Shown: piece after piece, positions 11,722 through 24,800 of the stretch
How the letters are laid out: each line of letters opens with the position of its first letter
Numbering within the stretch: position 1 is the stretch's first letter
The notes under the pieces: model-generated
What the model saw: only the letters and a program-made list of their open reading frames with translations
Databases searched by the model: none
Told to the model about the DNA's origin: nothing
Made by a program: the position numbers and the translations under genes
DNA from: Octopus sinensis
Taxonomy: Eukaryota
Direction: 5' to 3'
Assembly: GCF_006345805.1 (NCBI RefSeq)
Contig: NC_042998.1
Coordinates: 166,098,001-166,162,000, forward strand
Length of the DNA: 64,000 nucleotides

Positions 11722-13567
11722 GTGTGTGTATGTACATATATATATATGTGTGTGTATGTACATATGTATATATATGTATGTATATATGTGTGTGTATGTA
11801 TATATGTGTGTGTATGTACATATGTATATGTATGTATATATGTGTGTGTATGTACATATGTATATATATGTATGTATATGTGTGTGTATGTACATATGTA
11901 TATATATGTATGTATATATGTGTGTGTATGTATATATGTGTGTGTATGTATATATGTGTGTGTATGTACATATGTATATGTATGTATATATGTGTGTGTA
12001 TGTACATATGTATATATATGTATGTATATATGTGTGTGTATGTACATATGTATATATATGTATGTATATATGTGTGTGTATGTACATATGTATATATATG
12101 TATGTGTATATATATGTGTGTATGTACATATGTATATATATGTATGTGTATATATGTGTGTGTATGTACATATGTATATATATGTATGTGTATATATGTG
12201 TGTGTATGTACATATGTATATATATATATGTATGTGTATATATGTGTGTGTATATATATGTATGTGTATATATGTGTGTGTATATATATGTATGTGTATA
12301 TATGTGTGTGTATGTATGTATGTGTATGTACATATGTATATATATGTGTGTATGTATGTATGTATATGTATGTGTGTATGTATGTATGTATATGTATGTG
12401 TCTATGTATGTATGTATATGTCTGTGTCTATGTATGTATATGTATGTGTATATGTATGTATATATGTTTGTATATGTATGTGCAGATATATGCGTGTATA
12501 TATATATGTGTATGTATATATGCATGTGTATATATGTGTGTATATATATATGCATGTGTATATATGTGTGTATATATATGTGTATGTATATAAATATGTA
12601 TAATTATATGCATGTATATAAATATGTATAATTATATGCATGTATATAAATATGTATAATTATATGTATGTATGTATGTATGTATATGTATGTGAAGGCG
12701 TATGGCTCAGTGGTTAGAGCGTCGAGCTTATGATCATGAGGTTGTGAGTTGAATCCCGGACCGGGTTGCATATTGTGTTCTTGAGCAAGACACTTTATTT
12801 CACGATGGTATGGTCATGTACTGCGGATGGATGAGGAGAGATGTGTGAAGAAGTGCCACTCCCAAACAGTCGAAGGTATCAGGGGGAGAGGTAGACCCAG
12901 GAAGACATGGGATGAGGTTGTCAAGCATGACCTCAGAGCGTTGGGCCTCACTGAGGCAATGGCGAAGGACTGAGATCTCTGAAGATATGCTGTGACTGCA
13001 AAGACCCGGGCTGCTTCCTGCACCGCATAGCCCCTGCTCATTCAAAGTACCTTGGATTTCAGAACATCCCGCTGTGCTTGAGGAGACCTGTTGAGTCAAG
13101 TACATGAGCATCGAAATAAATATCAATGGAAATAGTAGTTGTGATACCTGTGCCGGTGGCACATAAAAAGCACTATCCGAATGTGGCTGATGCCAGCGCT
13201 GGCTCGACTGGCTCCAGTGCCGGTGGCACATAAAAAGCACCATCCGAACGTGGCCGATGCCAGCGCCGCCTTGGCTGGCTTCCATGCCGGTGGCACATTA
13301 AAAGCACCAACCGATCGTGGCCAATGCTGGACCCCTCTAGCACCTGTGCAGGTGGCACATAAAAAGCACCCACTACACTCGCGGAGTGGTTGGCATTAGG
13401 AAGGGCATCCAGCTGTAGAAACTCTGCCAGATCAGACTGGACCCTGGTGCAGGCCCTGACTTCCCAGAACCCGGTCGAACCATCCAACCCGTGCTAGCGT
13501 GGAAAACGGACGTTAAACGATGATGATGATGATGATTTATATATATATATATATATATATATGTATT

Positions 13568-13598
<31 letters not shown>

Positions 13599-16500
13599 GT
13601 GTGTATTTATATATATGTATATATTTGTATATATATGTATATATATATAATTATAATGAAATTATTGTATACGGTGCTCAGGTGCACCACAACTTGTCAA
13701 AAGTGCGTATAAAACATATGCAGTAGTGTACAAATGTCTGGAAAGTGAACAGTGTATGAGTCGGATACATGCTTGCCTGTGTATAGAGGGGAGAAAATCA
13801 GGTGTAGTGTTGGTGAATCTCAGGAAGCATGGAAGTTTTGAAGGATACAGTGTTCCGACAACTAACAACTAATGCCGGCAGTTTGTTCCATACTTCAGCA
13901 ACTCTTAGCGTGAAAAAATGTTTCCGAAAGTCATGGTAGCTGTGCTGTTTTCTGACTTTGTAAACATGTCCACAGGTGTTAGACAGGTGGCGTTTGAAAA
14001 GTTGCTCAGAGTTATTGTTTGTAAGATGGTTAATAATTTTATGGGTGTCTGCCAAGTCAACTGCCAGACGTCGGAGTTTCAATGTATCCATGCCTAGGGA
14101 AGTAAGGTGTTCAGAATATGGCAAATGCCCGATGGAGGGTATTCTCTTGGTTGCACATCACTGAACGGTTTCCAGACGATTAATATCCTGGGCAAGATAG
14201 GGGTTCCAGACTGGTGATGCAAATTCCAGGGGAGGTCGCACCATAGCTATATAAAGCTTCAGATAGATAGCCGGAGAGTGGCTCACAAAGGACTTGGTGA
14301 GTGATGCCAAGACACCCTCAGCCTTCTTGGCAATTTTAGCAATGTGTTTTGTCCAACGCAAATCGCTGTCGACAATAATGCCCAGGTCACGTTCACAAGA
14401 AGACTTTTTGAGATTAGTGTTGTGGAGGGAGTAAGTAGACACAGGGTTTTTCCTCCAAAAATGCATGGTGGTACATTTGTCCACAGGCAGCTTGAGTTGC
14501 CAGTCCATGATCCACTGCTGCATTGTGTCCAGGTCTGATTGCAATAGAGATCTATAGTGTACAGGATCTGTCCTCTTTATTTCGAGGTACAGCTTGATGT
14601 CATCTGCATATTTCAGCACTGTGGAATTCTTTAAGTTGGCATCTATGTCATTAACATATGCAACAAATAAAAGGAGGCCAAGAACAGATCCCTGTGGTAC
14701 ACTAGATGTCATCTCATAGGGTGAAGAGTGCTGTCCTAGAACTGTGACAACCTCTTTTCGGCCGATAATGAAGGACTTCAACCAGTTATAGAGATCATCT
14801 CTTACACCCATTGCAGAGAGTTTCACCATAAGTCTTTTGTGTGGCACAGAATTAAAAGCCTTAGCAAAGTCCAGGTAAACAACATCCACTCAGGATCCAC
14901 GATCAGTGATTCAGGTAATGTCCTCAAGAAACTCGATGAGTTGATTACAGCAGCTGGAGTTAGGAATAAATCCAAATTGTGACGGCTGGATGAGGTTGTG
15001 AGACTTCCAGAAGTTCCCTCTGATACAGGATTCCATCAGTTTGGCGATGCAGCTAGTAAGACTGACAGGGCGATAGTTGACTGGCGATGTGTGGTCACTT
15101 TTTTTGAACAGAGAGATAACATTGGCAGTTTTCCGCTGCTCTGGAGTAACACCATTATCAAGACAGAATTGAAAGAATAGTGAAAGTTGGTTTAGAAGAA
15201 AGTACCCACCGCGTTTGAGAAGTAGGTATGTAACACCGAGACCAGGAGAGGCATAGTTACGTTTATTCTTAAGGTGGCGTTGTAGCATTGCTGATGTAAA
15301 TTTCATAGTAGTTATAGAGTCCAGTGTCAGAGGTGATGGAGATGGAACATTTTGATCTTCAACAGTAAAGATGCCTGCATAGCATCCAGCAATGATTTCT
15401 GCACATTCTTTGGGATTGTCAGTAATATGGCCTGTGTAGGGACTGCAAAGGGACCAACTGGAGAGTGAGGTCTCTGCTTTGAATGTACATACTTATATGT
15501 ACAACTTATATGTATACCATTCTGCTGAAATAATAGATCTGTAGATATAATATTCTTGTACATCTCATGTCTGTTTTCATTCTTCCACTTCACTCTCTAT
15601 TTCATATCTTCTCTAGAGTAACTTTTGCGTAACCATTTTCTTGCACCGTCTCCCATGAAAGGATATATAAAATATCCCGGAAACAGCTGTAGGATCTTCT
15701 CTTTATAAATGTTCTGAAATCTTTCACAGCCTTGGATTTTTATCTCATTCTGTTAATTTTTTATATGTATGTATGTGTATATATATATATATTATATATA
15801 TATATGTATATGTATAGATTCAGTTGAATATGGTACTAAAGTTAAAGGTACCAGAATTTAGTATGGTATTATCCATATAATTCAAAATGGGGTGATTATA
15901 ATTAAAATAACCAACAAGGATATCCAGAGGTAATGCAGTACGATCGTTTCATGCGACTCCATTTAATTGAACAATGCAAATATTACATCAATTTAAAATT
16001 TAGAACAATCTTCAGCTGCATAAAAATATAGAATTTAGTTAAATTTGAAGGATTCATTTGTATAGTTTTCTTATTATCCAAAATCACAAAGAAGGTAAAT
16101 GTCTCACCTCATCATTGCATAACAATAAAGAAATGGAAATTGGTGAAAGATGGGAAATCACCAGCAATGGTTAAGAACAGGAAAAGTAAAATTAGTCCTA
16201 ACTAAAGACTGTACTGCTTGACGAGGGGTAAAAAGGTAATTACACTGAACCAAAACCTGACTGACTATTGGTGTAAATCTCACCAACGATTTATCTAGTA
16301 CTCTCTAAAGGATGTGGAATTCATTGGCCAAGGTTGCTGACTAGCAGTTTCAGAGGTTTGTAGAAAGTAATTGAAGTGGGAGGTGTTTGGAGATGCGGGA
16401 TGCCTTGATCTTAGTTCCGTGGTAGCTTTTTACCTCTTTGTGTGGGAGGAGTATCATACGTTTTGTATACTAAATTTTTAATTTGTCTTAATGTATAAGT

Positions 16501-17628
16501 AATTGTTTTTATCCTATGAGGTGGTATCAAAAGGTTCCTGGACTTAGGTAAATAATTAATTTTTTATTATACATAAGTTTTAACATCATCTTCTTCAAAA
16601 TAGATACCATGTACAACAGTATACTGGCTTCAGCATTCCTGCCACTTTTGGAATCTGGCCTAGAAGTCGTTTTCTGTAAGCAAGTCAATGACCTTCTGTG
16701 ATTCACTCTTGATGTTGATAACGGTGTTAAAATGGTGGCCTTTCAGCTGCATTTTCATCTTAGGGAAGAGATGGAAATCTGGTGAATAGGGCAGGCATGG
16801 AAGTGATACCATGTTGTCTTTGGCGAGAAACTCACGAGTGAGGAAAGTTCAGTGACAGGGTGCATTTACATCATGAAGAATCCAATTACTTGCGGATGTT
16901 AGGATTGCTTGCACAGACCCATGCAACAGACCAACAACATCAGCGATGTCATTGATTGTCCTCTGATAATCCTCATACACAAACTGAGGAATTTTCTCCA
17001 CATTTTGGTGGAGTGGGTGTGTGACGCTCATGGCAGGTCTTCCAAATCGCTTATTGTCTTCCAGATTCTTCAGTGTCTGCCAGATGGCTCATTGTCTTCC
17101 AGGGACACTCTTTTGCTTTTGAAGCACCCATGCCACTTGAAATGTTACGTACGACCTATTGTCTCATCATTGTAATCTTGCCTAAGTATGTTTCTGTAGT
17201 AGACTTCCCAAGTTTAACACAAAATTTCACATTGGCTCTTTGTTCCAACTTCCTGGCTATGACAAAAATTGCAAACTACAGAGTACGCATGATCACAAAA
17301 CAAATTTCACAACTTGCAAAGTAAACACAGCGATGTCACTCAGCACACTCTCTCCTGAAGATCACTGCCAGCTTGCATTAGCATGCAATCATGTGCTGTC
17401 ATCTGCTGGCATACTACACAACTAGTCTGGGAACCTTTTGATACCACCTCGTATATCTCAATACCTCATTTATTATACACTCACATACACACACACATAT
17501 CTACATATATACTTACATCCGTACATACATATATATAAATAAAAATATACACACATACACACACACACACATACATATACATACACATGTATATCCTCAC
17601 ATTTTTGTATGGGCCTTTCAGCCTATAA

Positions 17629-17663
<35 letters not shown>

Positions 17664-20600
17664 GATAATGATGATTGGGATGATTGATAATCATTCATTT
17701 TCTGGCACTTTATGCTCAGTTATTCCAAGGCCAACTTTAACTTTCATTCCACCCCTTTGGAGTCAAATGAAGTAAATTAATAATATACCCAAATTGCAGG
17801 CCTTTCACATAAATTGTGAACATTATTATCATTATTAGAGGTGTGTTTACTATAATCAAGAGACCACCAAACAAAGTACTTTTCTATATTTAGCAGTGTC
17901 CCTTTATATATGAGTTCAAATTCTTGTAGAATGATAATGGTTCCTAATTAAGACACCAATTTTGCCCAGTGTGCTAATGATTCTGCCAGCTCACCGCCTT
18001 AATGATGATAAAAATAATGATTCACATTTTGGTACAAGGCCAGCAATTCTGGGGGAGGGGCTAAGTTGATTATATCAACTTGGGTCAATAAGAAATGTAC
18101 CAATCAGATCCTTGGTTGATTTATTTGTTGATATCTGATTTAGTATCAATATTATGGCTATCTTTTGGATGGCCAAATTGGTAAGTATAGCAGATAAAAT
18201 GTCTGCCAATATTTGGTTACTTACTTCATTTTAACTGATTGAAGTCAAATCTCACCAAAAGCCACTTTGCTATCTTTCTTTAGGGGGTTAATAAAATATC
18301 TATCAGTCAAGTACTGGATTGGAATCTTTGTAATTGTCTATACACTTGCTTCTAACAAATTGTGCCCTTACACCTGTTAGAAATCATTTGATTTTTGAAA
18401 ATGTGCTAAAATAAGGGTAAAAGAATTGTTTTAGTGAAAATTTAATTCTTAAATTTTCTATTATTATTATTTAAGGCAGTGAGATGGCAGAACCGTTTGC
18501 ATGCTGGACGAAATGCTTAGTTCAAATTCCGCTGAGGTCAACTTTGCCTTTCATCCTTTCAGTATCAATTAAATAAGTACCAGTTGAACACTGGGGTCAA
18601 TCTAATTAACTAGTTCCCTTCCCTAAAATTTCAGGCCTTGAGCCTATAGTAGAAAAGATTATTATTTATTTATTTTTTTACTTTTAATTTGCTTGTTTGT
18701 TACAAAGACTTACCGAAACACACTCCGTGTGAGTGAGAGAAAGAGAGAGTAGTGCATCCATCATGACTACCTGTCTGATAAGGGTACACCAGGCATATGC
18801 ATTACAACCATATGTGCATGACATAGTGATTTCATATCAAGATAAATGATGCATGATCTTGCAGATGGGGTCCAGTTAAAATTTTCTTCAGGTTGAGTAG
18901 CCCATCCCGTTCAAAAGGTCCCTGAATAAGGGTTTAAGGATGATGAACAAAATACCTATGTTTCCAAAGGTGAATTATCCAAACCCCAAAGAATTCCTCA
19001 TAATACATTGCTATGATGCACCCCCACTACTTCTGCTTGTGATCAGAGATGCGCATATCATCAGCTGCCAAGGGACATGCTCAAGTGGTTAAAGTCAAGC
19101 AAATCTGTGGTATTGAGCAGAATATTTGCAATAGCCCATCTTTTATACCAAGACATAGACTTCTCAGATTTCAGTTTTACTTACCCTGGTTGATTCTGTG
19201 AGAACAGTTAGCAACTTGTTGTCAGATGTTTCATAGGCTCTCTTACTGCAAATTAAAAGCTTTGGTACTTGGATGTTAAGTCATCATGAAAGACATTCAA
19301 TGCCCAAGTGCTAATCTCAAAATCCTAGCTGTCCTCAATAGAGTAGTTTTTTGGGCCTGCTCTGCCCTCATGTCAATTCCAATTTCTCTGACATTTCTCA
19401 AACCTGATTGTTAGTGCTCCAAGTGCCCCTACAACTACTAGGATAATAGTTACTCACCTCATTGCCCACATGGTAAGTATAAAATTATGAATGTATTCTA
19501 CATCTGTTTTGCTTTGTTCTGTGTGGAGGGTTTAGTTTTTGCTATTGCTTTAGTGTTTCAACCATTTGTTGCATCAATATGTGGCAGTGTTATTTGTGCT
19601 ATTTTGTTTGTGTCTTGAATGAGCTGTGTGAATTCTGGCATAATTATGAGAATGTTGGACTATATGTCTTGCAGGATTTTTTATGGGTCTTTGCATACTG
19701 AGTTTAAATCCTGTGGAGGTCAACTTTACTTTTCAACCTTCAGGGATTGGTGTCTTAATTAGGAACCATTATCATTGCCAAAATTGACTTTGCCTTTCAT
19801 CCTTTCTGGGTTGATAAACTAAGTAGTAGTTCAGCACTGAAGTTGATGTAATTGGCTTATCCCCTCCCCCCAAATTGCTGGTCTTGTGCCAAAATTTGAA
19901 ATCATTATTATTATTGAGGCAACAAGTTGGCAGAATCATTAGCACACTGGGCAAAATGCTTAGTGACATTTCATGTCTTTATGTTCTAAGAGTTCAAATT
20001 CTGCCTAGGTTGACTATCTTTCATCCTTTTGGGAACAATAAAATAAATACCAGTTGAGCATTGAGGTTGATATAATCAACTTAGCCCCTCTCCCAGAATT
20101 GCTGGCCTTGTACCAAAATGTGAATCATTATTTTTATCATCATTAAGGCGGTGAGCTGGCAGAATCATTAGCACACTGGGCAAAATGCTAGGCAGTATTT
20201 CATCTGCTACATTCTGAGTTCAAATTCCACCAAGGTTGACTTTGCTTTTCATCCTTTCGGGGTCGATAAATTATCAGTGAAACACTGGGATCAATGTAAT
20301 TGATTAACATCCTCCCCCAAATTTCAGGTCTTGTGCCTATAGAAGAAAGGAAGGATTATTATTATTATTATCATTATTAAGTGAGAGCAGCACATGCCAT
20401 CAAAGTGACACTGGAATACAGATATACAAAACCCATCATGATTACCCATCTGATAAGGGTACACCAGGCCCATGCATCACAACCATATGTGCATGATATG
20501 GTGATCCCTTATCAAGATAAATATTGCATGACCTAGTAGATGGGGCTCAGAATTTTCTTCAGTTTGAGTAGCCCATCCTGCTCAAAGGTCCTTGAATAAG

Positions 20601-21821
20601 GTTTGTTTAAGGATGATAAATGAAATCCCCTATGTTTCAAGAGGTGAATTATTCAAGTACCAAAGAATTCCTTTCAACACATGGCCATGATGCTCCCCCA
20701 CTACTCCTACTTGTACTGAGTTCAAATTCCACCAAGGTCGACTTAGCCTTTCATCCTTTCTGGGTCAATGAAATAGAGTACCAGTTACACACTGGGTTGA
20801 TGTAGCCAACTAGCTCCCTACCCCACAAAATTTCAGGCCTTGTGCCTATAGTAGAAAGGATTATTATCAATATTAAGTCAGTGAGCTGGCAGAATAATTA
20901 GCACTTTGGGCAAAATGCTTAGCGGTATTTCATCCATCCTTATGTTCTGAGTTCAAATTCCACCGAGGTCGACTTTGCCTTTCACCCTTTTGATGTCAAT
21001 AAATTAAGTACCAGTGAAACACTGGGGTCATTGTAATTGATTAGTCCCCTCCCCCAAAATTTCAAACCTTGTGTCGATAGTAGAAAGGATTATTATTATT
21101 AAGGTGGCGAGCTGGCAGACTTGTTAGCGGCATTTTGTCAGTCTTTATGTTCTGGGTTTAAATTCTGCCTTTCATTCTTTTGGTGGGGTATGGGGTCGAT
21201 AACATAAGTACCAGTTAAATGCTGGGGGTGATGTAATCAACTTATCTCCTCCCCCAAAATTTCAGGCCTTGTGCCTATAGTAGATAGGATTATTTTTATT
21301 ATTATTGAGTGAGAGAGCAGTACATCAAAGCAACACTGGGGTAAAATATATGAAGCCAAGTATACCCATCATGACTACCCCTCTGATAAAGGTACACAAG
21401 GTACATGCATCACAACCACATGTGTGCAACATGATGATCTTATATCAAGATAAACAGTGCATGACCTTGCAGGTGGGGCCCAGTTAGAATTTTCTTCAGG
21501 TTGAGTAACCCATCCAACTCAAAAGGTCCCCGAATAAGGGTTATTTAAGGATGTTGAACAAAACACCCATGTTTCCAAAGGTGAATTATCCCAATCCCCA
21601 AAGAATTCCTTTCAATACATGGCTATGATGCTCCCCCACTACTCCAGCTCATGATCAGAGATGGACATATCATCAGCCACTAAGGGACATTCTCAACAGG
21701 TTAAGGTCAAATAACTGACAAAGCAAACCTGTGGTATTGGGCAGAATATTTGCTGTAGCACATCTTTTATACCAAGACAAAACAATGTACATGAGAGCCA
21801 CTGCCTGGTCCTGCATCAGGG

Positions 21822-21864
<43 letters not shown>

Positions 21865-24800
21865 TACTATTATTATTTGTGCTGTTATTAATATTATTTA
21901 CTTAAGACTTTACTAGTACATTTGTTATAAAAATCTGTCAGTATTTTCTTCCTTTTTTTCCTTTACCCAATATATTTTGTTTACTTCCATGATGAAAGTA
22001 TTTGTTAGATTATAATTTTTTTTGTTTTTAATTTTATTAAATGATATTTATTTACTTCACTGGCTCAGAGTATAATTGTTTGAAATTCTTTCAGCTTGAA
22101 TACAAAGCCAACATTCGGCACTTATTTTAAATTGGGTTAACAAGTCATTACTAAATAATTTTAAAATTTGCTTTTTTTTTTCCTTTGTACTATGGGGTCT
22201 TTTGTGGTTTGATCCATAGCCACAGTTTTAATTATTGCTCAAAAAATATTTGAGTTAGTGGTGGTGGTAATAATACTGGAAAGTAAAAGCATTTTTAAAA
22301 GGTTATTTATTTTTTCAAGAATAGGCAGTGGGGTGACTAGGTGGTTAAGAACTTTGCTTCACAACCATATGATTCCAGGATGAATTTCACTACATGGTAC
22401 CTTATGTAAGTATATTCAATTATGGGCATGGGTTGACCAGTACTTTGTGATCAAACTGTGGAATATGATAAAAATCTGCAAAAGCCCATTGTGTGTGTTT
22501 GTTTGTTGGTGGGTGGCTTAGTGGTTCAAATGTCCAACTTGTGATCCATAGTTCATGGGTTTAAGTTCTTGTGCAAGGCACTCAGTTTCATCTTGCTACA
22601 GTCTACTCAGCTATGAGTTCTAGCTGGGCAATAATGTAGCTCCCTTTCCCTCTCGGTGCTGCTCTCTAGATGCACTGCAGGGTCAAGAGAGAGTGGGAGA
22701 GACATATTTATGTGTTTTTGTCTTTGTCAACAAATAAAATTAAATAGAAATAGTAACTGACAGAAATAAACAATATGAACAACCCCAAAAAGTTGAAACC
22801 AGCATGGTTGCAGCTCAGTGACTGAAGCCTGTAAAAATGATACTTTCACCTTTGGCAGATAGAAAATGACTCCTATCAGTACTTCCTCCCAAGTTTTATG
22901 AAGAAAAAAAAAATTAAGATATACATACCTAATGAAACTTTATATTAAGTTGTCAAGTATGAAATTTGTAGTAAGGTATATGGTAAACTTTGGCAGCTGC
23001 TCATTTTGTGCCATTATATTTTGACAATCTTTATTTTTGTTAGAAAGCTGACATCTATTTCTTTACTCTAACTCATTTGCGCTTCTTAAAGTATTTATAA
23101 ATCGACTTTTGCTACAGAGATGGATAAGTCAGAAATTTGTATAGTTTTGAAATATGAGTTCTTTCTTCAAAATACAGCATCACAGACAGCTCTATTTCTT
23201 TTATTTAGGCACATGGCCTTTATAAAGAGGGGACACCACAAGGACAGACAAAACAAGACATTGGGGTACATATAAATACATATCAGAAGAATTATGAATA
23301 TGATGAAGATGAGGATGAAATGACTTACTTGCCCCCCAAAGCAAGTAGTTTCATCTTACTGTTTTTTATATTACAGTTTTACTTTACAGTCTTGTATCTT
23401 TTTCTTTTGCACAAAATGACAACAAATGCTGCATTATATCATAAAAAATTACAACAGGCAGCAGCTAGTCGTATCTATACTGAAGTGGTGTTATTTCAAC
23501 TCTTTTTTTTTTTCAAAATAGTTCCACTAATCTCTCCCCTCTTTCTCTCTCCAACAGCATGCCCTTCTTACCTTCATGGTTTGCTATTTTCACTCTGCTA
23601 GCATTTTTCATTCTTGTTACTCTCTTTTCAATTTCAACGCTTTTTTCATATACTATGAGGCTTCTTTAGTTTCTCCCTGTAGGTATCGTTCTCTGATATC
23701 CTTCACCACTCTCTTCGTCCGTCATAAATGTCTTTGTCTCTAATTCACTGTCTCTTTTGTTTCCTTCCTTCTTTCGTACTCCTTCTTCCTTGCTAGTTGA
23801 AGGCGATGGTTCATGCGTTCGCACTTCACTTGATTTTTCATTTGGTTTTCCATTTTTTTCTCTTTTCTTTCTTATTCTCCTCTTCGTTTGTCTTTTTTTT
23901 TTCTTTCCCTGGGGCTTTTTGGTGGTGATTCTAAGTTCTTTTTTTCTTTTCACCACAATAAATTGCTCCATTTTCTCCTCCTCTGCGACTGTACTCTCTT
24001 CTTGAATTTCTTTTTCTGTTATTTCCTCCTCATGTTTCTGGGGACACTTGGCCTTCGTGTGTCCCCTTACTCCACACAAAAAACATACTGGAGGTCTACC
24101 CTCCACAATAATCTTCAATCTAGTCTTATCCGGCAAAACCAGCTCTTCCACAATCTTATGGAGATCTGGCAGGCCTATATGGACTGTTACTTCTTGCCCC
24201 ACTAGTTTACCTCCATAGTTTTGGACATTTTCAAAATTTCTGCATCTTCCTCTGTATGGTAGAGGATGGCTGCCACCAGCCATGCCTTGTCATTTCAGAG
24301 GGCACTCTACCTATCCTTACTCTGGCTGCACATTTGCTATAGTAAGTAGGTAGTAGTGCCCACTCAGCTAATCTCAAGGCCACAGTGGAGTATTTCTTTG
24401 CTTCATTTTCATTTACAAGGCGCACCTCCTCCGTGCTGAATTTCTGACCTCTGGTGTAGAATGTGGTAAAGTCCTTCACTTCTCCCAAACACTCCTGAAC
24501 TGCTTCCACCACTGCTATTTCCACTTTCTTCATTGCTCTGTTTAACGTTCTGTAGATAATAGTTCTTTTCTTGGTATTCTCAATGACTTCCTTGAGCGGC
24601 ATCAGCCTAAGACAGTTTCCCTCCTTCTTCAATAAGTCGTTATACTTCTTCAAATTCTTGTCTTTAACTTCTATTTTACGGACTTGCAGTAGCTCCGCTG
24701 ACAGGCTTTTGCCAGTCACTGCAGCATAACTACAGAATTGCACTGGTCTATTATTCATTACTTCACCCATAAATGGGGAAGATAAGTAAAAATTCCAACA

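Noticed and set aside
13150-13370. CRISPR-like repeat/spacer appearance
   Set aside because: Eukaryotic LINE 3'UTR tandem subrepeats with no unique spacers and no cas genes.
10961-13726. Long ORFs of M/Y/I/V/C or H/T/Y/I (up to 345 aa)
   Set aside because: They are translations of TA/TG microsatellites, which lack stop codons in several frames.
16250-16430. Possible GIY-YIG C-terminus ([15 protein letters not shown]) upstream of the 15933 ribozyme
   Set aside because: Too degenerate (several stops, no diagnostic motif) to call without a profile search.
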